Source of the DNA: Nitrospinales bacterium
GTDB lineage: Bacteria; Nitrospinota; Nitrospinia; Nitrospinales; VA-1
Direction: 5' to 3'
Assembly (NCBI GenBank): GCA_965223795.1
Contig: CBDCXL010000002.1
Location: forward strand, 1,220,030-1,284,029
DNA: 64,000 bases
Part shown: positions 9,374-17,088 of the stretch, in pieces
How positions within the stretch are numbered: position 1 is the first letter of the stretch
Layout of the letters: each line of letters begins with the position of its first letter
Position numbers and translations under genes: made by a program
Notes under the pieces: model-generated
Seen by the model: the letters and a program-made list of their open reading frames with translations, nothing else
Database searches by the model: none
What the model was told of the DNA's origin: nothing

Positions 9374-10332
9374 GACGATTTCTCCTTTCTCCGGGCGACG
9401 CCGAAACAGAAATAGTAGAACATCGCGGCGGCGAGACGGCCGGTGCGCTCCGCCTCGATGAGCGGATTGAACTCGGAAAGATCGAACAGGGTCACGGCGG
9501 GATGGCGGCCTGAGGCGTGCGCGATCTCGACCGCCTGCTGGCCGGACAATCCGAGCACGCCCGGACAGGAAACGCCGGGGGCGTCTGCGCCGGATACGGA
9601 ATCGAGGTCGAAGCTGACAAAGACAAACGGGCACTGCCAGGCCAGGGTGCCGAGCGAGGCGGTGAACTGCCGGACCTCGGTGTCGCCGGACTGCAGCGCC
9701 CCGTACCAGAGGATGCGGCCGTTCTTGCTCTCAACGTATTGGCTGTGTTCGCGGCTGCACTGGCTGCCCTGGGCGGCGAACTCGATGAAGTTTTCCCCGT
9801 TGAAGCGCGCATCCTCAAGAAGCAGGCGGAACGGGGAACCGCTGTGCGCCTTTCCGTCTATGAGCGGCCGCACGTCCAGATGGGCGTCCACGTTGATGAC
9901 CCCGACCGGCTGGCCGGCGCTGAACTCGAGCAGCGCGGCGGCGTTGGGATAGGACTGGTCGTTGCCGCCGCCGACCACGAAGGGAACGCCGCCTTGTTTC
10001 AGGATCGACAATACGGTGCGGTTGAGTTCTTTGTGCGCCGCTTCCAGGGACAGGGACGCGGAAATGTCGCCGGCGTCGCTGATGGAGAGCGTTGTGAGGT
10101 CCACCGGCATCTCGGGGTTGGCGACGGCGCCGTGGCGCTTTATCCAGCCGCGGAACCGCTCCGGCCCGTTGCGGGCCCCGGCACGCCCGCCGTTTATGGA
10201 GACCCCGCTGTCGTGCGGGAACCCCAACAGCACCACATCGCCTCCCTCGCCGGGTGTCAATATGTCTCCCAGTTTGACGTCCCCCATGCCCCTTATATAG
10301 GCCCTTGCGCGCGGTTTGTAAACCATCCGCAT
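9370..10332 (-). CDS. hutG: Formimidoylglutamase (arginase/ureohydrolase family)
   Basis: Arginase-family metal motifs VDAHLDVR and SFDLDSVSGADAPG. Immediately upstream of and overlapping hutU. The exact start is uncertain (M1, M3 or M16). Confidence 0.75.
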   Translation of the reverse strand: MRMVYKPRARAYIRGMGDVKLGDILTPGEGGDVVLLGFPHDSGVSINGGRAGARNGPERFRGWIKRHGAVANPEMPVDLTTLSISDAGDISASLSLEAAHKELNRTVLSILKQGGVPFVVGGGNDQSYPNAAALLEFSAGQPVGVINVDAHLDVRPLIDGKAHSGSPFRLLLEDARFNGENFIEFAAQGSQCSREHSQYVESKNGRILWYGALQSGDTEVRQFTASLGTLAWQCPFVFVSFDLDSVSGADAPGVSCPGVLGLSGQQAVEIAHASGRHPAVTLFDLSEFNPLIEAERTGRLAAAMFYYFCFGVARRKEKSS

Positions 10333-10534
10333 GGGGAAGCCCGCGGCGCGGCCATCCGGGCGGGGACTTCCGGGGCAAGAAACACGGCGGCGGATTCCAG
10401 GGCACTTTGCGGGACCGGCCGCTGCCGGATACGGAACGGGACCCGCAAAGGCTTGTGCGCGCGGGTTGATTTTGCTATATTCTGATGTTCACGAAATCAA
10501 CCCTCAAATCCATTCACTGCAAGGAGAACCCCCG

Positions 10535-10942
10535 ATGTCCGCAGCCGCAGAAGCGCTGAGAAAAGCCATCGAACATGAAAAGCAGGCTCTGGAACGTTAC
10601 AAGGAAGCCATCAATTGTTCCTCGAACGAGGAAACCCGGGAGTCGCTGAAAAAAATCGCCACGGAAAAGAACCAGACGATCGATTCGCTCCACTGGATGG
10701 CGCTGGCGGAAGCCGGACAGCTGGAAACCGAAGCGGGAGCGGAACCCAAGGAAGAAGCCGCACAAAGCTCCGCGAGCAAATGCCCGTTCTCCGGCGCGCT
10801 GAAAGAAATGGGCGTCGACATCACCAAGATGGGCGAAATGTCCAAGGAAGACATGAATAAGATGATGGGCGGCATGTCGCGCGAAGAAATGGCCAAGATG
10901 ATGGGCCTGGGCGACGGCAATTCCAATTCTTCCTCCAGCTGA
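10535..10942 (+). CDS. Hypothetical protein with helical N-terminus and Met-rich repetitive C-terminal tail
   Basis: ORF 10331..10942 trimmed to ATG 10535, preceded by AAGGAGA (10521-10527). Tail is KMGEMSKEDMNKMMGGMSREEMAKMMG. Confidence 0.55.
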   Translation: MSAAAEALRKAIEHEKQALERYKEAINCSSNEETRESLKKIATEKNQTIDSLHWMALAEAGQLETEAGAEPKEEAAQSSASKCPFSGALKEMGVDITKMGEMSKEDMNKMMGGMSREEMAKMMGLGDGNSNSSSS

Positions 10943-11026
10943 CCCATCGGCGGTTTGCACCCGGGGCCCGAGCGGGCCCCGCCTGAACCGCGCGTCTTTC
11001 CGGTTCAGCGGACCCTCAGGCTCGTT

Positions 11027-11437
11027 ATGAATTTCGACAAACCCTTCGACCTCCTCGTTGAATGCCGGGGCTGCGGGATCGAGAATCTCCTGCCCGGCTT
11101 CACGGCAGCGACGCCCGCGATCTGCAACCAGTGCCGCGAACGGCTTCTCGATCCGCAGATCAGCAACACCTACCAGGAGCTGGTGTGCGAGCAGTGCGGC
11201 ATGCTGCTGTTGCTTTCGAAGGACGCTCCGATCCTTTCCGGGGAATCGGTGTGCCGCTGCGGCAGCACCCAGTTTCTCCGCCACGCAGCCCCCACCCTGC
11301 CCGAATGGGTCGCCCGTCACGCCGCCCCGGATGACGACGCGGACGGCGAAGACGATTTCGACTGGTGCCGCCCGGCCGGGGGACAGGACGACCTCAACGA
11401 CTACAACGACCTGTTCGACAAAGACCCCAGCCACTGA
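11027..11437 (+). CDS. Hypothetical zinc-ribbon protein (four CxxC/CxC pairs) with acidic C-terminal tail
   Basis: Trimmed to ATG 11027 (MNFDKP). Cys pairs are CRGC, CNQC, CEQC and CRC. C-terminus is rich in D/E (DDDADGEDDFDW). Confidence 0.55.
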   Translation: MNFDKPFDLLVECRGCGIENLLPGFTAATPAICNQCRERLLDPQISNTYQELVCEQCGMLLLLSKDAPILSGESVCRCGSTQFLRHAAPTLPEWVARHAAPDDDADGEDDFDWCRPAGGQDDLNDYNDLFDKDPSH

Positions 11438-11657
11438 ACTCCCTCCCCCTTCATTCGGCTTATTTTCGCTTTTTGAGGTGTTTTTGAGCGAATTTCCGCA
11501 CAGGCTGGATTTTTCCCTTGTCAGGGACGGAAAAAGCCCCTTATAATTACCCATTAATAATTGAATTTTTGTTAGTTATATCAACAAAGCGATTGCGGCC
11601 CTATAGCCGAACCCAGGATTTGAAGCTCATTCCGCAAACCGGCCCGGTTAGCCGTTA

Positions 11658-12971
11658 ATGGATAAAAATCAAATACTTAACACTACCGTCTCGAAGATTT
11701 CCTTTTCACTGCGGCGCGAAGCACCCGCTGAAACGCAAAAACCCGTTATGAAACAAAAGGTTCCAGCATCGGACACAGATTGGGAGAGGCATCTCGAGGA
11801 AGCGGTGGCGCTGATCGGCGTGCACCGGACCTTCCTGTTCTCGGCCGATATCGACCCGGATTCGGTGGGTTCGATGCTGTCGCTGGCCCTGTACCTCAAA
11901 AGCATGGGGAAAGGGGTGTTTCTGGTCATCTCACAGGGTCTGGGGGACAATCTGGATTACCTGGAGCACATCATCGACTACAACGCGATTCCGGTCCTGA
12001 GAAGCCAGGAGGACATCGCCCGCGTGCAGGAGCGGGTCGACGCGGTGGTGTTCTGCGACACGGCGAACACCAAGCTGGTGCCGTTTTATCCCTACCTGTG
12101 GCAGCACATCCTCTCCAGGCCGGTGCCGGTGCTGGAGATCGACCACCATTTCGGCGCCGACAGCGAAAAAATGACGGAGCGTGCGGTGCCGCTGTTCCGC
12201 AAGGCCAACGCCACCACGGAAATCGTCGCGGAACTGCTGCGCGCCCTGCACCGCTGCTACCCGGAAGGACCGAATCCGCTGTTTCAACGCAACATCGTTC
12301 TGAGCCTGATCACCGGCCTGGTCGGCGACACGGTGGGCGGCCGGGTGGTTCCCTACCGGGGGCGCTACCACTACTGGATCGACACGCTCGGCCATTCGCT
12401 CCGGCAGAACACGCGCTGGCGCAAGCACAACGGCAAGCGCTCGGGGGACGACAAGGAAACCAAGTTCGGCGATCCCGACCAGGTGCAGAAATACCTGAAC
12501 CGCCTGTCCGAGGAACAGCACGCCTGCCTCAACCTGCTCAGAAGCCGCGTCAAGGTGGACGGGACCATCGAAACGCTCAACCTGCTGAACTCGACGTACG
12601 AACGGGTGCGCCACGTCTCCAGGCCCTATCACTCCGCCTGGTTCGCGGACATCCTGTTTTTCCTGCTCAACGAGATCCCGGAAAACACGGGCAAGATCGG
12701 CGTGGTCTATTTTCACGGCAAGAACGCCGAGGACAAGGAATGCATCTACATCAAGATGCGCCGACCGGAACGGCACGCCGCCATCGATCTCCGGCACGCG
12801 GAGCGGGACATCCGCGCGGCGTTTCTGGGGAAATACATGGGCGGCGGCGGGCATCCGGGAGCCGTCTCCTTCCGCATCCACCCACACGACGAAACCGAGT
12901 TTCTGGCCAAATTCGCCCAGGCTTTGCACGCGATCAAACAGAACCCCGCCGTCACCGGCGCGGGAGACTGA
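11658..12971 (+). CDS. DHH/DHHA1 family phosphoesterase (NrnA-like)
   Basis: 437 aa with DIDPDSVGS, FCDT, EIDHHF and GGGGHPGA motifs in the canonical DHH order. Confidence 0.8.
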   Translation: MDKNQILNTTVSKISFSLRREAPAETQKPVMKQKVPASDTDWERHLEEAVALIGVHRTFLFSADIDPDSVGSMLSLALYLKSMGKGVFLVISQGLGDNLDYLEHIIDYNAIPVLRSQEDIARVQERVDAVVFCDTANTKLVPFYPYLWQHILSRPVPVLEIDHHFGADSEKMTERAVPLFRKANATTEIVAELLRALHRCYPEGPNPLFQRNIVLSLITGLVGDTVGGRVVPYRGRYHYWIDTLGHSLRQNTRWRKHNGKRSGDDKETKFGDPDQVQKYLNRLSEEQHACLNLLRSRVKVDGTIETLNLLNSTYERVRHVSRPYHSAWFADILFFLLNEIPENTGKIGVVYFHGKNAEDKECIYIKMRRPERHAAIDLRHAERDIRAAFLGKYMGGGGHPGAVSFRIHPHDETEFLAKFAQALHAIKQNPAVTGAGD

Positions 12972-13086
12972 CCCCCTTCCCGTTTCCAGCCCCTGCCCTT
13001 CTTTCAGGCTCGCGCCGTTCCCACGGCGTCACCGGAAACGAGACCTTTGCATAAATAAGGCGTATAAAAAAAATTTATCATTGAAC

Positions 13087-13145
13087 GTCACCCTGAGCTT
13101 GTCGAAGTGTGCAGGGAATCATGCTTCGACAGGCTCAGCATGACA
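13087..13145. repeat. Dispersed hairpin element, two inverted copies forming a long palindrome
   Basis: GTCACCCTGAGCTTGTCGAAG ... CTTCGACAGGCTCAGCATGAC. The right arm is identical over 24 nt to 7616-7639. It lies between the convergent DHH and flippase genes. Confidence 0.7.
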
Positions 13146-13170
13146 GGGCATGGATTTATACAAAGGTCGC

Positions 13171-14634
13171 TCAACGGTTGACGATTTTTTTGAGCACGGC
13201 GCGGTCGGATGCGTCGAAGGCTTTGAGCAGCCACAACCCCACCGCATAGACTCCCGCCGCCAACACAACGCGAATCCCCAGAAGCAGAAATTCCACGGCG
13301 AGCAGCAGCGCCGCCATCGCCGCAGACGCGATGACAGGCTTCCACGCTATCCTGAAAAACGGCGCGCCTCCGAGAAAACCGCGCAGCATCGGCAGATACA
13401 CCGCGAACAGCACGCACTGTGTGCCGGCCGCGACAGCGGCGGCTCCCATCACGCCCCAGCGCGGGATGGCGAGCGCCAGCGCAAGCGGACTGAGCAGGGC
13501 GCAGGCTCCGGCGGCTTTGAGCACCGAGTGGGTGCGGTGCCCGGAAACCAGAAGCGACGCAGCCAGGTCGTTCAGGCACAGAAACGGAAATCCCAGCGCC
13601 ATGACGGCCAGGACGACGCCCGCGCCGGCGTAGCGTTCGCCGTAAACCAGATCGACAATCGGCGCCGCGCACAGCGCCATGCCCGCGGCGAGGGGAACGG
13701 TGAGCAGCAGCAGGTAGCGTGCCGATTGCTCCCAGAGACGCGCGGAGGCGGCGGGGTCGTTTTTGAAACTTCTGGACAGCACGGGGTACAGCGCGAGGCG
13801 CACGCTGGCCATGAGCAGGGACAGGGCTTCGACCAGCTTGAACGCCGCCGCGTAGCGTCCGGTCTCGGTCTCGCCGATGAAAAAAAACACCAGCACGGCG
13901 TCGATGCGGAAACAGATGTAGGTGAACAGCACGACGCCGCAGACGGGTGCGGCCTGTTTGAGGATTTCACGGAGGCGCCGCCCACCGGCCGCGGCGGAGG
14001 GGAACAGGTGATGCCGGTGCAGCTGCCAGACGGCGAGCACGAGGCTGATGCAGGCGGCGAAGAAAAACGCCGCCGAGAATCCCACCACGTCCGCACCGCT
14101 TAAGAGGACGGCCAGCCCGAGAGCGAAAAACAACACCCGCGCCACAACGGTGAGGACGGAAACCCGCGCCATCTCTTCGAATGCGCGGAACACGGCGAGG
14201 ATCATGTCGGTGTAGCCGTGCACCATCAAGGCCAGCCCGATCAACAGCGCGACGGAGACGGCCTGCGCGGAAAGCCCAGAAAGCCGCAGCCCCACCGCCA
14301 GCAGAATCACCGTCAGGAGCGACAAACCCGCTTTGAGCGCGAACACGTTTTTCAAATACAGATGCGCCCGTTCGGGCCTGACGCTCACTTCGCGGGTCAG
14401 GTACAGGCCGAGGCCGGTGTCGATGAACACGGTGAGCGTCCCGGTCAGGGAAAAGGCGAAGGTGAAGACGCCGAACCCCGCCTCCCCCAGGTAGCGCGCG
14501 GCCACCACCTGGGTCAACAGCGCCAGCACTTTGGCGAGCGCTTCCGCGCCGAACAGCCACAGGGAATTCGTCACGACGCGGGCGGCGGTGTCGCCGCCTG
14601 CGGGAGCCAGGTGCTCCTGGGATTCATCGTTCAT
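13171..14634 (-). CDS. Oligosaccharide/polysaccharide flippase (Wzx, MOP superfamily)
   Basis: 487 aa, polytopic hydrophobic protein. N-terminal NSLWLFGAEALAKVLALL...ARYLG pattern is typical of polysaccharide biosynthesis flippases. Confidence 0.75.
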   Translation of the reverse strand: MNDESQEHLAPAGGDTAARVVTNSLWLFGAEALAKVLALLTQVVAARYLGEAGFGVFTFAFSLTGTLTVFIDTGLGLYLTREVSVRPERAHLYLKNVFALKAGLSLLTVILLAVGLRLSGLSAQAVSVALLIGLALMVHGYTDMILAVFRAFEEMARVSVLTVVARVLFFALGLAVLLSGADVVGFSAAFFFAACISLVLAVWQLHRHHLFPSAAAGGRRLREILKQAAPVCGVVLFTYICFRIDAVLVFFFIGETETGRYAAAFKLVEALSLLMASVRLALYPVLSRSFKNDPAASARLWEQSARYLLLLTVPLAAGMALCAAPIVDLVYGERYAGAGVVLAVMALGFPFLCLNDLAASLLVSGHRTHSVLKAAGACALLSPLALALAIPRWGVMGAAAVAAGTQCVLFAVYLPMLRGFLGGAPFFRIAWKPVIASAAMAALLLAVEFLLLGIRVVLAAGVYAVGLWLLKAFDASDRAVLKKIVNR

Positions 14635-14672
14635 GCGCTTCTTTCAAAGGGGGGATGCGGCCCGTAAGGCGG

Positions 14673-16289
14673 TCACGAGGCGGCGGGTTCCTTGAGGCTC
14701 AGGCGTTTGAGATAGAGTAGCTCCATCGCGTTCATCTGAAAGCCCTGCACGCGCGATTTCATGAGCAGGTTCTGCACCTGGATGAAAAGCGGGATCATGG
14801 CGGCGTCGGTCTCGGTGAGCAGGGTCTGCGCCTCATCGTAGATGGCCTGGCGTTTTCCTTTGTCGCGCACGGTGGGCCCCTGCGCCACGAGAGCGTCGTA
14901 ACGCGTATTGGCCCATTTGAGCCGGTTGTTGCCGCTGGTCGAGAGAAACAGATTCATGAAATTGTCCGGGTCGGGGAAATCCGCGCCCCAGCCGAGGCGG
15001 AAAATCTGCGGCGGGTCGGTCTGCAGGCGGCTCAGGAACACCTTCCACTCCAGGTTCTCGAACTCGATGTCCACGTTGAGGTGCTGTTTCCACTGGTCCT
15101 GCACGAACTCGGCGATGAGCCGGTTGCGGCTTTCGGAATTGAACAGCGCCACCGAACGGGGAAAGCCTTTGCCGCCGGGATAGCCCGCTTCGGCCAGCAG
15201 CCGTCTGGCTTTTTCGGGATCGAAGTGCGCGCCGATGTCCGGGTTGTAGGCGAACATGCCCTTGGGAATCCAGGACGCGGTGGGAATCTCGCCGCCCTTC
15301 AGGATGACGGGAATCCGGGAACGGTCGATGGCGTGCGCGAAGGCGCGGCGCACGCGCACGTCGTCGAACGGCGGCTTGGTCACGTTCATGCCGTAATAGT
15401 AGCCGCGCAGCTGCGGCAGTTTGCGGTATTCGGCATGGGTTTCGTAATGCGGGATGGCCACGGGAGGCAGTTCCACCAAATCCAGCTCGCCGGTCTCGTA
15501 CAGGGTGAGCGCCGTGGTGGGCTCCTCCACCACGTACACCTCGACGGTGTCGATGGGCGGTTTTCCCTCGAAGTGCCGCTCGTTCGCCTTGAGCACGAGC
15601 TTGTATTCGTGCTGCCATTCCTTGAGCAGGTACGGCCCGTTGGTGACGATGTTCTCCGGGTCGGTCCAGTTGTCGCCGTGGCGGGTGACGACGTCCTCGC
15701 GCTGCGGGTAAGTCACCATGAAGGTGGTGATACTGGGAAAATACACCACCGGCTTTTTGAGTTTCACCTCCAGCACGGTGTCGGACAACGCGCGCACGCC
15801 GACTTTACCGGGGTCGGTGACCGTGCCGGCGTTGTACTCGGCGGCGTTTTCGATGTCGAACAGAAAGTAGGCGTACTGGGCGGCGGTTTTGGGATTGAGC
15901 AGCCGCTTCCAGGAATACTCGAAATCCTTCGCGGTGACGGGCACGCCGTCGCTCCAATACACGTCGTCGCGCAAATAATAAGTGATGGTTTTGCCGTCTT
16001 CGGAAAACTTCCATTCCTTGGCCACCGCCGGGACGGCCTTGAGGTCGGCGGTGTACTGGGTGAGGCCTTCCATCAGGTTGGTGAGGATGTTGAAGGAGAT
16101 GCTGTCGGTGGCCAGGGTCCAGTCCAGGGTCGGCGGGTTGGCGCGCACCGACATGCGGAAGGTATCGGTATTCCGGACTCCGGCATCGGCGCAGGCGAGA
16201 AGATTCGCCAGTAAGAACAATCGGGTGCAGGCCCACAGGATCGACGCCAGGGAACGTGGCAGCGCAGCGGATTTCATGCGCGTCAGCAT
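14673..16289 (-). CDS. ABC transporter substrate-binding protein, family 5 (peptide/nickel type), probable lipoprotein
   Basis: OppA/DppA-like length and blocks. Signal/lipobox-like LLANLLAC. Start is at M32 (16289) or M36 (16277) of the 14673..16382 ORF. Confidence 0.85.
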   Translation of the reverse strand: MLTRMKSAALPRSLASILWACTRLFLLANLLACADAGVRNTDTFRMSVRANPPTLDWTLATDSISFNILTNLMEGLTQYTADLKAVPAVAKEWKFSEDGKTITYYLRDDVYWSDGVPVTAKDFEYSWKRLLNPKTAAQYAYFLFDIENAAEYNAGTVTDPGKVGVRALSDTVLEVKLKKPVVYFPSITTFMVTYPQREDVVTRHGDNWTDPENIVTNGPYLLKEWQHEYKLVLKANERHFEGKPPIDTVEVYVVEEPTTALTLYETGELDLVELPPVAIPHYETHAEYRKLPQLRGYYYGMNVTKPPFDDVRVRRAFAHAIDRSRIPVILKGGEIPTASWIPKGMFAYNPDIGAHFDPEKARRLLAEAGYPGGKGFPRSVALFNSESRNRLIAEFVQDQWKQHLNVDIEFENLEWKVFLSRLQTDPPQIFRLGWGADFPDPDNFMNLFLSTSGNNRLKWANTRYDALVAQGPTVRDKGKRQAIYDEAQTLLTETDAAMIPLFIQVQNLLMKSRVQGFQMNAMELLYLKRLSLKEPAAS

Positions 16290-16422
16290 ACCATGAGCCC
16301 CGGTTTGTGGAAAGCCGGGGACGCGGCATCGCGCGCCCGAATCCACCGGGCGGCACGTGGATATTAATTCTTTACTTTTCAAGGGACATCGATAGAATGA
16401 AATGTTTTAATCCCGGACACAC

Positions 16423-17088
16423 ATGGCAGACGACCTTTCCTACATCCGCAAATGGCTCAAGCGCGGCCTGAGCAAGGACAAGCGCACGCTCGATCTTTCC
16501 GGAAAAGGCATCGACAACCTGATCGCAATGGAAATCGCCGAAAACATGGCGGTGCCGGATCTGGAGATCCTCTACCTGCACACCAACCGCATCAAGGATC
16601 CCGGCCTGGAAGAGCTGGCCGAATCGGATCTCGTCGAACCGTTGCGCGAGTTGTGGCTGTACGAGAACAAGATCGGCGACGACGGCGCCGCGGCCCTGGC
16701 GGATTCCTCGAAAATCATCCGCCTCAAATACCTCAGTCTGTACACCAACCGGATCGGCGATGCGGGTGCGGAGGCGCTGGCCGAGTCGGGCGCGCTGGCG
16801 CAGCTGGAAACGCTGGACCTTTCCTTCAACCGCATCGGCGACGCCGGTGCGGAAGCGCTGGCGAACTCGACGAAACTGAAAAACCTCAAGGTGCTGCATC
16901 TGGACGCCAACCGCATCGGCCTCAAAGGCATGCGCGCCCTGGCCGATGCCAAAGGCCTCAAGCGGCTGACGACGCTCAACCTGGTGTACAACAAGATCGA
17001 GCCTTTGGGCCTGGAGCTGATGCGCGACTCGGAGCGTCTCAAAAGCCTGGACGTTCTCAAAACCGATTTGTTCCAAGCCGATGATTGA
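16423..17088 (+). CDS. Leucine-rich repeat protein, RNI/ribonuclease-inhibitor-like 27-28-residue repeats
   Basis: 221 aa. About 6-7 repeats such as LKYLSLYTNRIGDAGAEALAESGALAQ and LETLDLSFNRIGDAGAEALANSTKLKN. No signal peptide. Confidence 0.8.
   Translation: MADDLSYIRKWLKRGLSKDKRTLDLSGKGIDNLIAMEIAENMAVPDLEILYLHTNRIKDPGLEELAESDLVEPLRELWLYENKIGDDGAAALADSSKIIRLKYLSLYTNRIGDAGAEALAESGALAQLETLDLSFNRIGDAGAEALANSTKLKNLKVLHLDANRIGLKGMRALADAKGLKRLTTLNLVYNKIEPLGLELMRDSERLKSLDVLKTDLFQADD

Noticed and set aside
7334-9415. Very long antisense ORFs: 7334..9415 (+), 21394..23190 (+), 45088..47256 (+), 48911..50719 (-), 54483..56357 (-), 3163..4386 (-), 3405..4613 (+), 28254..29921 (+) and many shorter ones
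   Set aside because: Each lies opposite a gene with unmistakable family motifs (hutU, the nuoF-like gene, icd, glnD, rpsA, FIST, GHMP/mlaC). Their translations are Arg/Ala/Gly/Pro-rich low-complexity sequence, which is typical of shadow ORFs in high-G+C DNA.
9374-9634. N-terminal extension of hutU (ORF 7664..9634)
   Set aside because: The extension overlaps the hutG 3' end and is Arg-rich. ATG 9373 gives a canonical ~570-aa HutU and an ATGA overlap with the hutG stop.
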